A stretch of DNA of 64,000 bases, from positions 512,001-576,000 of the forward strand of contig CAVTQK010000015.1 of NCBI GenBank assembly GCA_963736855.1, in the 5' to 3' direction. The stretch comes from an uncultured delta proteobacterium. GTDB lineage: Bacteria > Desulfobacterota > Desulfobacteria > Desulfobacterales > UBA2156. The notes beneath the pieces were generated by a model. The model did no database searches, was not told the origin of the DNA, and was given only the letters and a program-made list of their open reading frames with translations. The translations under genes were made by a program, and so were the position numbers. Shown here piece after piece: positions 18,276-27,282 of this stretch; within the stretch, counting starts at the first letter, position 1, and each line of letters opens with the position of its first letter.

Positions 18276-19031
18276 ATGATTCGGGAAGTCATACGGATCC
18301 GGGATCTGTGGTTTTCCTACAACGGGGACCCGGTCCTTAAAGAAATCAATCTGGTGATTAAGGAGAAAGAATTTTTGGCTCTTATCGGCCCCAACGGGGG
18401 TGGAAAAACCACCTTGTTGAAGCTGATGTTGGGTCTTCTGAAGCCGGATCGGGGGAGTATTCTAATATTCGATCGATCTCCTCATGAGGTCGCTCACCGC
18501 ATCGGATATGTACCTCAGAGTCTTCACACCAATAAAGGCGTTCCCGTGACGGCTCTTGAGGTTGTACTTATGGGACGCCGGATGCCGGGATCCGCGTGGC
18601 GCAGATATCAGAGCCGGGATAAGAATGCGGCCCGAAGGGCCATGGAACAGATGGGGATATGGAGCTTGCGCAACCGATGGGTTGGCGCGCTTTCCGGTGG
18701 ACAGCGGCAGCGCCTCCTGATCTCCCGGGCGTTGGCGGCAGAACCCGAGATGCTTTTCCTGGACGAGCCCGCGGCCAATATCGATGCAAAAGGACAGGGT
18801 GAATTGTACGACCTGCTGAAGGCGCTCAATAAGCACATGACCATCATTCTGGTCAGTCATGACCTCATGGTGGTATCCAGCTACAGTCACGCGGTGGCCT
18901 GCGTCAATGAGCGCTTGCATTACCACGATGAAGCCGAAATTACTGAGGAAATGATGGAAGCCTTCCAGTGCCCGGTGGACTTGATCGCTCACGGACAGCC
19001 CCATCGGGTCTTGAGACCCCACGAGAAATAG
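18276..19031 (+). CDS. znuC: Zn/Mn ABC transporter ATP-binding protein
   Basis: GPNGGGKTT, LSGGQRQR, LDEP, SHD. Confidence 0.9.
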   Translation: MIREVIRIRDLWFSYNGDPVLKEINLVIKEKEFLALIGPNGGGKTTLLKLMLGLLKPDRGSILIFDRSPHEVAHRIGYVPQSLHTNKGVPVTALEVVLMGRRMPGSAWRRYQSRDKNAARRAMEQMGIWSLRNRWVGALSGGQRQRLLISRALAAEPEMLFLDEPAANIDAKGQGELYDLLKALNKHMTIILVSHDLMVVSSYSHAVACVNERLHYHDEAEITEEMMEAFQCPVDLIAHGQPHRVLRPHEK

Positions 19032-19042
19032 AAGAAGAAAAG

Positions 19043-19867
19043 ATGCTGGACGCTCTTCAACTCGATTTTTTCAGGCACGCCGTTGCCGTTGGTTTACTGG
19101 CCAGCCTCCTGTGCGGTCTCATCGGCACCCTTGTCGTAATCAACCGGCTGGTGTTTCTTTCCGGCGGGATCGCTCACGCCGCGTATGGAGGAATCGGATT
19201 ATCCGTTTTTTTGGGAATTCCCTTCCTTGCGGGGACCTTGGGGTTTGCGCTGATGTCTGCTTGGGTCATGGCGGCCATCACATTGAAAGCCAAACATCGC
19301 TCCGATACCGTCATCGGTGTTGTCTGGGCGGTGGGGATGGCTCTGGGTATCATCCTGATCGACCTGACGCCCGGATATCATGTGGACCTGATGAGTTACC
19401 TTTTCGGAAGCATTTTGACCGTAACCCGGGAAGACATATATATCCTGAGCGGGGCGGGGCTTTTCGTGATTCTGGTGGTTGGCTATTTTTATCATGACCT
19501 GTCATCCATGGCGTTCGACGAGGAGTTCGCAAGACTTCGAGGTGTTCCGGTCAAAGGGCTGTATTTTCTTTTGGTTTGCATGGTCGCCCTAAGCGTGGTT
19601 TTGATCATTCGGGTGGTGGGACTTATTCTCGTCATGGCTCTAATGACGATACCCCCTTACATCGCGGAAGGCTACACCGCATCGCTTCGCTCCATGATGC
19701 TTCTGTCGGTGTGTTTAAGCGTTCTTTTCATGACGGCAGGCCTGTATCTCTCGTTTTCCTTCAACCTGACTTCCGGTGCCGCCATCATTCTGACGGCTGC
19801 GGTCGGTTTTTTTATTTCCATGGGGCTCAAAAGCCTTTTAAAGGGTCGAAAAAAGACAGCCCGATGA
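19043..19867 (+). CDS. znuB: Zn/Mn ABC transporter permease
   Basis: GGIAHAAYGG, SYLFGSIL, FDEEFA (ABC-3 family). Confidence 0.9.
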   Translation: MLDALQLDFFRHAVAVGLLASLLCGLIGTLVVINRLVFLSGGIAHAAYGGIGLSVFLGIPFLAGTLGFALMSAWVMAAITLKAKHRSDTVIGVVWAVGMALGIILIDLTPGYHVDLMSYLFGSILTVTREDIYILSGAGLFVILVVGYFYHDLSSMAFDEEFARLRGVPVKGLYFLLVCMVALSVVLIIRVVGLILVMALMTIPPYIAEGYTASLRSMMLLSVCLSVLFMTAGLYLSFSFNLTSGAAIILTAAVGFFISMGLKSLLKGRKKTAR

Positions 19868-20250
19868 GAACCGGTGTCCAACCCTTAGGCATGTTGCGGG
19901 TCATATTCTGTGCGATTTGTCTGTTTTTTTCCGGATGTGCCGCAGGAACATGGTCAGATATCGATGTGGGAAAGGATCCTTTGTCCGTTTTGGTTCGCCT
20001 TTACGAGGGCCCTCTCGATCATATGGACGCAGTGCGGGGCGGAGAATGCCCCATGTATCCGTCGTGTTCCGCTTATGCCAAGGCGGCGCTTGAAAAGCAT
20101 GGTTTTCTCGCCGGATGGATAATGGCATCGGATCGTCTCATGCGGTGCGGACGGGATGAGGTCAAACTCAGCCCCGGGATCTTCATCAACGGAAAATGGA
20201 GGATTTACGATCCGCTGAAAAAAAACGATCATTGGTGGTCCGAAAGATAG
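19864..20250 (+). CDS. YidD-like (membrane protein insertion efficiency / hemolytic domain) lipoprotein
   Basis: CPMYPSCSAYAKAALEKHG...DRLMRC; FSGC lipobox-like; ATGA overlap with znuB stop. Confidence 0.75.
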   Translation: MRTGVQPLGMLRVIFCAICLFFSGCAAGTWSDIDVGKDPLSVLVRLYEGPLDHMDAVRGGECPMYPSCSAYAKAALEKHGFLAGWIMASDRLMRCGRDEVKLSPGIFINGKWRIYDPLKKNDHWWSER

Positions 20251-20280
20251 ATCTTGATGCTTTAGAGCGATCCTGTTTTT

Positions 20281-20802
20281 TTAACCGGTCGGGTCCCGTA
20301 TGTCATATTGATGACGGCAGGTCTCCAAGCAGGATAGGCAATCGGCAGGATTTTTTGTATCCGTTGCGCAATAATTCAGAAATGCCTGTACCCAATCGCT
20401 TCCCGTGCGGGGGCAATTATCGATGAATTTAATGAATTTCAATAATTTATCTATGGTCTGGGCATCTATGGCATGTTCCATACGACAGGCCGCGGCCTCT
20501 GCCCGCTGTGCATCGACCTGGAGGACCCTTAAGAGAAAGTCTTTCAGTATGTCGTGGCGACGGGTGATTTCACGGGCGATCCGGGTCCCTTTTTCGGTGA
20601 GGGTGATGAACCGGTAAGGCGCGTAGTGAATGAGCCCTTTCTCCCCGAGGCTTTTGAGCGCTCCCGTGACGGCCGCCGGCTGTACCCCCATCCGTTCGGA
20701 GATATCCTTGACCCGGGCGACCTTATTGGTTTTTTCCAAGTCCAAAATGATTTCCAAGTAGTCCTCGAGACTTTCCGAAAGCGGTATCTCCTTGAGTTTC
20801 AT
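20281..20802 (-). CDS. DtxR/MntR-family metal-dependent repressor with Cys-rich tail
   Basis: SLEDYLEII, ARVKDIS, ACRMEH; divergent from feoAB. Confidence 0.9.
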   Translation of the reverse strand: MKLKEIPLSESLEDYLEIILDLEKTNKVARVKDISERMGVQPAAVTGALKSLGEKGLIHYAPYRFITLTEKGTRIAREITRRHDILKDFLLRVLQVDAQRAEAAACRMEHAIDAQTIDKLLKFIKFIDNCPRTGSDWVQAFLNYCATDTKNPADCLSCLETCRHQYDIRDPTG

Positions 20803-20825
20803 ATTGCCTCCTTTTGAATCATGAT

Positions 20826-20916
20826 TAACATAATGTATAATAATTTAAAGTCAACAAAAATATTTTATGAGATATTAAAAATATATTGACTTAATAATAA
20901 AGTTAAGTGTACTGAA
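20826..20916. promoter_or_regulatory. Divergent sigma70-like promoters and a candidate DtxR-family operator
   Basis: TTGACT on + (20886) and on - (20849-20854); imperfect palindrome TTAAGTGTACTGAA (20903-20916). Confidence 0.4.
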
Positions 20917-20983
20917 AACATATCTTTTTAATATCGACTCCTAAAAATAAGGACAAGTTTTCGCGTCCTCCGGAGGTGAAACC

Positions 20984-21217
20984 ATGCGGCGCATCCTGAT
21001 GCGGCAAATGAAAGATAACCAAAGCGGCACGATTGCAGCCATTAAAGCTAACGGAGAACTCGGCCGGAGGATCCGGGATATGGGCTTGGTCCCCGGTATG
21101 CCCATCAAGGTCCAGGGGAGGGCTCCTCTGTATGATCCGGTCGCATTGAGGGTTTTAAATTTCACCGTGGCGCTCAGAAACAAAGAGGCCGACTTCATCG
21201 AGGTCGAGGTGGAATGA
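20984..21217 (+). CDS. feoA: Ferrous iron transport protein A
   Basis: RRIRDMGLVPG...RAPLYDP...ALRNKEA. Confidence 0.92.
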   Translation: MRRILMRQMKDNQSGTIAAIKANGELGRRIRDMGLVPGMPIKVQGRAPLYDPVALRVLNFTVALRNKEADFIEVEVE

Positions 21218-23373
21218 AAAAGGAATCCATTATTGCGCTGGCCGGAAACCCCAATTCCGGAAAGACCACCCTTTTCAATGCCCTCACCGGCGCCCGACAG
21301 CATGTGGGGAATTATCCAGGGGTGACCGTCGAAAAAAAAGAGGGGATATATACGACCGATGGAACTCGGATTCGGATCGTTGATCTTCCCGGAACATACT
21401 CATTGACCGCGTACTCTCTGGAAGAGGTGGTTACCCGCGATTTTTTGGTCAACGAGAAACCCGATCTCGTTATCGACATCGTGGATGCTTCCAACCTGGA
21501 AAGGAATCTTTACCTGACAATACAATTTCTCGAGTTGGGAATTCCCCTCTGTATTGCTTTGAACATGATGGATGTGGCAAAAGGCCGAGGCATCGAGATC
21601 GACGCTCAAAAACTCAGCCGACTCCTGAGAGTCCCTGTGGTTCCGACCGTGGCGCGTATAGGCCGGGGAAAAAGGGAATTGATGGAAACTGCGGAAAAGT
21701 CGTCATCGGCCGAGGGAGCGCCTCCCCTGAGGATCTCCTACGGCGATGACCTGGATCGCGCCATCGTGGAGATGGAAAAAGAGATACTTCAACACCAATT
21801 CCTGATCCAGATTTACCCGGCGCGCTGGATCGCCTTGAAATACCTCGAAAATGACGAACAGATCCTTATCAAAGGAAAGGGAGAGAACCCGGAAGTTTCG
21901 AAACGCATTCAGCAGGTGGTACAAAAAGTCTCCGATCACCTGATGGCCACCACAGGCAGCTATCCTGAGGCCATCATTGCCGACCAGCGGTACGGATACA
22001 TTTATTCCATCATCAAACAGGGCGTCCTCACCCAACGTCCGGATCAGCACCGCCTCTACCACTCCGATAAAATCGATAGGGTGCTCACTCACCGGGTCTT
22101 AGGGCCCCTCATCATGTTCATGATTATTTTCGGGCTTTACCATTTGACGTTCAACTACAGCAAAAGGCCGGTCATCTGGGTGGAATATCTCTTCGAATGG
22201 ATTAGGAACGCGGCCTCCGCATCGCTTCCCGATGGGATGCTCAAGTCCCTAATCGTTTCAGGCGTCATCGATGGAGTCGGCGGTGTCCTGACTTTTGTTC
22301 CCCTGATCCTGATGATGTTTTTCGGGATCGCCATTTTAGAGGATTCCGGATATCTGGCCAGAATGGCGTTCATGCTGGATCGCGTTTTCAGCCTGTTCGG
22401 ACTTCACGGGAGTTCAGTCATGGCCTATATCATCTCCGGAGGGATTGCCGGCGGATGTGCCGTTCCGGGGGTAATGGCCACGCGCACCCTGCGATCTCCA
22501 AAAGAGCGGCTGGCGACACTGTTGACGGCACCCTTTATGAATTGCGGTGCCAAACTCCCGATCTTTGCCCTTTTAATTGCGGCCTTTTTCAAGGAAAACG
22601 AAGCCGTTTTCATGTTCTCCCTCACTTTGGTTTCATGGATCGGGGCGCTTCTCGTGGCTAAATTGTTGCGCGTCACCGTTATACGGGGAGAGCCGACACC
22701 GTTTGTGATGGAGTTGCCTCCCTATCGGCTTCCCATATTCAAAGGCTTGTTGATCCATTCTTGGGAGCGCACGTGGCAATACATCAAGAAGGCTGGAACG
22801 GTAATTTTAGCAATTTCCATCCTTCTGTGGGCCATGATGAGTTTTCCCAGGCCCCCGGTGTCTGAAAAAAATGCCATCCGGAACGAATTGAAGCCGGCAG
22901 CGCTTTCCGGTGCGGTTCAGACGGAAAGCTCCCAGGCAATGGAAGAGAATGCAAATGCCGAAGTCGCGTTGCGCTATTCGGCGGCGGGGCGCATCGGCAC
23001 CGCCCTGGAAAGGATCAGCCGCCTGGCCGGATTTGATTGGCGTATCAACATTGCGTTGATCGGCGGCTTTGCCGCAAAGGAAGTTGTGGTATCGACTCTG
23101 GGAACCGCATATTCCTTGGGGGAAAAGATCGATGCGGAAAAAAGCGGCCCTTTGTCTGAAAAGCTTTCTAAATCCGCGGGGTGGCGTCCGTTGACGGCTC
23201 TGAGTCTCGTGATTTTTATAATGTTTTACGCGCCGTGTTTCATCACCGTCATATGCATCGCGCGGGAGGCCGGATCTTGGAAGTGGGGGGCCTTCTCCAT
23301 GTTTTTTAACACTGCCTTGGCTTTCATTCTCGCGGTGGCGCTTTTCCAGATCGGCTCATTGCTGGGATATTGA
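21214..23373 (+). CDS. feoB: Ferrous iron transport protein B
   Basis: GNPNSGKTT, VGNYPGVTV, DLPGTYSL, EDSGYLAR, PFMNCGAKLP. Confidence 0.96.
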   Translation: MKKESIIALAGNPNSGKTTLFNALTGARQHVGNYPGVTVEKKEGIYTTDGTRIRIVDLPGTYSLTAYSLEEVVTRDFLVNEKPDLVIDIVDASNLERNLYLTIQFLELGIPLCIALNMMDVAKGRGIEIDAQKLSRLLRVPVVPTVARIGRGKRELMETAEKSSSAEGAPPLRISYGDDLDRAIVEMEKEILQHQFLIQIYPARWIALKYLENDEQILIKGKGENPEVSKRIQQVVQKVSDHLMATTGSYPEAIIADQRYGYIYSIIKQGVLTQRPDQHRLYHSDKIDRVLTHRVLGPLIMFMIIFGLYHLTFNYSKRPVIWVEYLFEWIRNAASASLPDGMLKSLIVSGVIDGVGGVLTFVPLILMMFFGIAILEDSGYLARMAFMLDRVFSLFGLHGSSVMAYIISGGIAGGCAVPGVMATRTLRSPKERLATLLTAPFMNCGAKLPIFALLIAAFFKENEAVFMFSLTLVSWIGALLVAKLLRVTVIRGEPTPFVMELPPYRLPIFKGLLIHSWERTWQYIKKAGTVILAISILLWAMMSFPRPPVSEKNAIRNELKPAALSGAVQTESSQAMEENANAEVALRYSAAGRIGTALERISRLAGFDWRINIALIGGFAAKEVVVSTLGTAYSLGEKIDAEKSGPLSEKLSKSAGWRPLTALSLVIFIMFYAPCFITVICIAREAGSWKWGAFSMFFNTALAFILAVALFQIGSLLGY

Positions 23374-23385
23374 AAGGGGGATTCG

Positions 23386-23634
23386 ATGGAATGGGTGATC
23401 GTAGCCATCATTGTCGGCCTGGCGGCATTTTTTGTTGGAAGAAAGTTTTATCGCATGTTCCAAACGAAGGGCGCGAACGGATGCGGCTGCGGATGCACAT
23501 CCTGCGGGATTCCAAGGGATATCTGTGATCAGCATTTTGTCTTTCAAGACCGGCCCGGTCATGACTCACCGGCTCAGGTGGGTTTGCCACAACTGCACTT
23601 TCCTAAAGTAAGAGGGGATTCCAAAGACGCCTGA
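23386..23634 (+). CDS. FeoB-associated Cys-rich membrane protein
   Basis: N-terminal TM followed by CGCGCTSC; directly downstream of feoB. Confidence 0.75.
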   Translation: MEWVIVAIIVGLAAFFVGRKFYRMFQTKGANGCGCGCTSCGIPRDICDQHFVFQDRPGHDSPAQVGLPQLHFPKVRGDSKDA

Positions 23635-24746
23635 CCATCGGGAGCGTTTGTTTCCGAAGCAGGCCTCTTTCCGGCATGCATTCGTGTTACGGAGAGAAAC
23701 TTTCGGATCAAAGGTTTAATGGAAAGCGCCCCCAGAAACAGAGCGCCCAGGATTTCTAAAAACTCAGGGACAATCTCTTTCGGGGATTGCAGCAAAGCTT
23801 TTGCGGACCAGGCGAAATACCCATAGATCCAGTCCAGAATCAGCCCACAGATCACTGAAGAGATCGCAATGGCGCCAACGTAAATGGCTGTGGATCGTTT
23901 GCCGAAAGTAGCCAAAAGGACCGTTATGGAGGTGATGTTGGTGGCCGGTCCTGCGAGCAAAAAGACCAATGCGGCACCGGGGCTGACTCCTTTCAGGATA
24001 AAAGCAGCGGCAATGGGCGTGGAGGCGGTGGCACAGATATAGAGGGGGATCCCCACTCCCAGCATAACGAGCATCGATGGAAGTCCGCCTCCTAAATAGC
24101 GACTCATCAGGTCTGCGGGGATAAAACCGGTGATCAGTCCAGCCAGGAACAATCCCAAAAAGAACCATCCGGCCATACCTTGCCAAAGACCTTTAAAAGC
24201 AAATCCGAAACCGGCTTTAGCTTTCTCGAAAACGGTGTGGTGGTTTTTATGTTTCTCAGGATCGCAGTTCACACCGTCGCAGCAGTTATCCACCGGGCAG
24301 CGGAGGTCGGGCCTCAGGGATTCAGGGTTTTTCCGCCTGTCTGCCAGGTTTTCGGCAATCCCTGCCGCGGCAGCGGTGATGAAAGCCGCTGTAGGCCGGG
24401 CAATGGTCATGATTGGATCCATGAGAGCGTAAGTCACGGCGATGGAGTCGATCCCGGATTCGGGAGTTGAGATTAAAAAGGCGCTCACAGCACCTTTGCT
24501 CGCCCCTTGCTTGCGCAGCGACACGGCTGCGGGTAACACCCCGCACGATCAAAGGGGAACGAGAATTCCAAGGAATGCGGCTTTGAAGACCGATCGGATC
24601 CTTCCGCCTCCCAGGTGGTTGGCGACGATGTCGGGATTGAGAAATGCGCGCAAAAGCCCACTGACGATCAAGCCGAAAATGACGTAAATGGATACTTCTT
24701 GTAAGAGCTTCCAGGCCTCTAAGAACGGGGTAAGGAAAAAATTCAT
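23574..24746 (-). CDS. DUF318/ArsP (SO_0444-like) metal permease, probable selenoprotein (in-frame TGA at 24549-24551)
   Basis: Reads LGILVPL-TGA-SCGVLPAA in one frame (family motif PLCSCG); second repeat PLYICATASTP is intact. Confidence 0.85.
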
Positions 24747-24801
24747 ATTTGCAATCCCATGCTCAAGCATTATTTACCTTGGGCTTCAGACTTTAATTTT
24801 T

Positions 24802-25176
24802 TCATTCCCGGATATGATCGAGTCCGATGCGTAAAAAGTCCAATACGTGTTCGTCATCCAGAGAATAATAAAAAATCTGGCCTTCCCTCCGCTTTTTTAC
24901 CAGGTTCAGGTCTTTGAGCCGACGCAACTGATGAGAGATAGCCGATTCGCTCAGCTCTAAGTAGGCCGCCAAATCGCATACGCACATTTCTCCCCCTATC
25001 AGCGCCAGGGAAATCTTCAAACGCGTGGGATCCCCGAGGGCCTTGTAAACATAGGTGAGTCGGGTTAACTCCTTATCCGGGACCGCATCCAAAATAGCCC
25101 TTTCGATGCGTTCCCGATGGATGGTACGTACCGAACAGAGTAAACTATCCATTTTTTTCTCTATATTAGTAGTCAT
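24802..25176 (-). CDS. ArsR/SmtB-family metal-sensing repressor (CadC/CzrA-like)
   Basis: KALGDPTRLKI, EMCVCDLA, SAISHQLR, YYSLDDEHV. Confidence 0.92.
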   Translation of the reverse strand: MTTNIEKKMDSLLCSVRTIHRERIERAILDAVPDKELTRLTYVYKALGDPTRLKISLALIGGEMCVCDLAAYLELSESAISHQLRRLKDLNLVKKRREGQIFYYSLDDEHVLDFLRIGLDHIRE

Positions 25177-25181
25177 ATAGA

Positions 25182-25207
25182 AATATTTAAATAATTGATC
25201 ATATATT
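25182..25207. promoter_or_regulatory. Candidate SmtB/CzrA-type 12-2-12 operator
   Basis: AATATTTAAATAATTGATCATATATT imperfect inverted repeat immediately upstream of the ArsR gene. Confidence 0.55.
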
Positions 25208-25264
25208 CATATATTGGATTGCCCCTTGTCAATGGGTATCTACACTTGTATGGATAGAAGCCAA

Positions 25265-26257
25265 ATGGAAAAATACCCCCTTGAGCTTGAAATCGCATTA
25301 TCCGCAGTTAAAAAAGCTTTGCGGGTCTGCCGGCGTGTTCAAGATCGGTTTGTCGGTGTCCGTGGTTATTCCTTCGAAAAAGAGGACCGGTCCCCTGTGA
25401 CGATTGCCGACTTTGCCAGTCAAGCCGTCATCACGGCCGAACTTTTGAAGGCTTTTCCGGCGGATGCGATCGTGGGTGAAGAAGATGCCGGCCTTATCCG
25501 AAAAGATCACAGGATATGCGATGATGTCGTTTCCATTGTCGGGGAGGAATGGGAAGGCTTTAAGGATAATGAATTGTCTGATCTCATCGATCATGGAAAA
25601 CGGCCATTTGATCCGCTTCACCGCTTCTGGACTCTGGATCCGATTGACGGCACGAAAGGATATCTTGCCGGGCGCCAGTATGCCGTTGCCCTGGCATTGA
25701 TGGAGGAGGGAAACGTGAAGCTGGGCGTTTTGGCCTGCCCCGGCCTGGAAAAGACACCGCTGGAAGCTGGAGAAGGGGGTTGCATCCTTTTTGGTACCCG
25801 GCGAGAGGGCACCCGAGTCATGAACATAGACGGAGGCGATACCGAACCGATCACCCGAAAAAGCTTTGTCGCTCTTGAGCAGGCCCGGTTATGTGAATCG
25901 GTGGAGCCTTCCCACAGCGCCCATGAAATCCACGCCCGGATCCTGCAGGATCTGGGAATCTCCGTCCCGTCTTTACGCATGGACAGTCAAGCCAAATACG
26001 GCGCCGTAGCTTTAGGGACGGCCGATATTTACCTGAGGATTCCCAGGAAGAAAGACTATCGGGAAAAGATCTGGGATCATGCCGCCGGGACCCTGATCAT
26101 CGAAGAGGCTGGCGGAGAAGTCAGCGACATGCTGGGTCGACCGTTGGATTTTTCTAAAGGCGAAATCCTGGGCTCGAATACGGGTGTGGTGGCGACTGCG
26201 GGCGGCATCCATGCCCAGATTATTTCCGCAGTGAAAAGGGCGATCCGACCATTCTGA
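25265..26257 (+). CDS. 3'(2'),5'-bisphosphate nucleotidase (HAL2/CysQ-like, inositol monophosphatase family)
   Basis: KEDRSPVTIADF, GEED, LDPIDGTKG, DSQAKY, WDHAAG. Confidence 0.9.
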   Translation: MEKYPLELEIALSAVKKALRVCRRVQDRFVGVRGYSFEKEDRSPVTIADFASQAVITAELLKAFPADAIVGEEDAGLIRKDHRICDDVVSIVGEEWEGFKDNELSDLIDHGKRPFDPLHRFWTLDPIDGTKGYLAGRQYAVALALMEEGNVKLGVLACPGLEKTPLEAGEGGCILFGTRREGTRVMNIDGGDTEPITRKSFVALEQARLCESVEPSHSAHEIHARILQDLGISVPSLRMDSQAKYGAVALGTADIYLRIPRKKDYREKIWDHAAGTLIIEEAGGEVSDMLGRPLDFSKGEILGSNTGVVATAGGIHAQIISAVKRAIRPF

Positions 26258-27096
26258 CACATACCTTTGTCCATATTCCGGGAATCGGGCTGAAAACCGA
26301 AAAAAAGCTCTGGAGAGCGGGTGTATTTACCTGGCGCGACTGGGAATCCGGAAAGCATGACGTGATCGCCCGGGGAGATCCCGGGAGCCTTGATGTATAT
26401 CTCGAAGAATCCTGGAATTTTTTACAAAGAAGGGATCCCAGGTTTTTCTCCAAACGTATGTCAGCCGGTCTCCAGTGGCGCTTCTTCCCGGAATTCAGGG
26501 ATGAGACCGCCTATCTGGACATCGAAACCACAGGCTTGAGCAACTGGGAAAACGAGATTACCACCATCGCCCTATATGACGGAAGGAGTGTTTATTATTA
26601 CATCAACGGAGAAAACCTCGAACAGTTTCCTGAAGATATCCTCCGGTATTCGGTGGTGGTCACCTACAATGGGAGATCCTTTGATATTCCCTTCATCGAG
26701 CGGTATTTTCACATACACATACCCTGTGCTCATATCGACCTACGGTATATCCTGCACAGCCTCGGATTGAAAGGGGGGTTGAAAGGGTGTGAAAGGGCTC
26801 TGGGCCTTCACCGCGGGGACCTGGAAGGAGTCGACGGCTATTTTGCCGTGCTCCTCTGGCAGGAGTACCTGAGGCGACAAAATGTCAAAGCCCTCGAGAC
26901 GCTTCTGGCTTACAACATCGCTGATGTCCTGTCCCTGGAAACCCTCATGATCACCGCGTTTAACCTCAAGCTAAAAGAAACCCCCTTTGCCGGCCTGCTG
27001 GATATGGAAAAACCTCGTCTGCCTGAAAACCCCTTTGCGGCCGACAAGGATACCATTTTCAGGATCCGGAATTATTTGGCAAAGAGAGGGATCTAA
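26251..27096 (+). CDS. RNase H-like (YprB/DEDD) exonuclease; probable non-canonical ATT start
   Basis: YLDIETTG, TYNGRSFDIPF, HIDLR, YNIADV; in-frame HTFVHIPGIGLKTE (HhH-like) N-terminus lies upstream of the called GTG. Confidence 0.8.
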   Translation: MLTHTFVHIPGIGLKTEKKLWRAGVFTWRDWESGKHDVIARGDPGSLDVYLEESWNFLQRRDPRFFSKRMSAGLQWRFFPEFRDETAYLDIETTGLSNWENEITTIALYDGRSVYYYINGENLEQFPEDILRYSVVVTYNGRSFDIPFIERYFHIHIPCAHIDLRYILHSLGLKGGLKGCERALGLHRGDLEGVDGYFAVLLWQEYLRRQNVKALETLLAYNIADVLSLETLMITAFNLKLKETPFAGLLDMEKPRLPENPFAADKDTIFRIRNYLAKRGI

Positions 27097-27104
27097 AACC
27101 ATTC

Positions 27105-27173
27105 TTTGATGACTTCGTAAAAAGGTTTTGTGAGCGGCGCGAGAAAAATCAGCCTTTTTACGAAGTCATCAAA
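27105..27173. repeat. Short copy of the GATGACTTCGTAAAAAG MITE-like family (perfect 21-bp IR)
   Basis: TTTGATGACTTCGTAAAAAGG ... CCTTTTTACGAAGTCATCAAA between convergent genes. Confidence 0.8.
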
Positions 27174-27282
27174 TTTGGGTTAGAGTCCATCTACATGATG
27201 TAACTCCGTGGATGGCATAAAAAAAGAAGATGCCCGCATTGCAGTGGATTAGCAACCAAATTGAACAACAGAGGCGGTTATA

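Noticed and set aside
19576..19863. Long N-terminal extension of the YidD-like ORF
   Set aside because: It lies inside znuB in another frame; the ATGA overlap at 19864 is the more plausible start.
24540..24551. Permease as a frameshifted pseudogene or two separate genes
   Set aside because: Both parts share one frame and the single stop is TGA at a conserved Cys, so Sec read-through is the simpler explanation.
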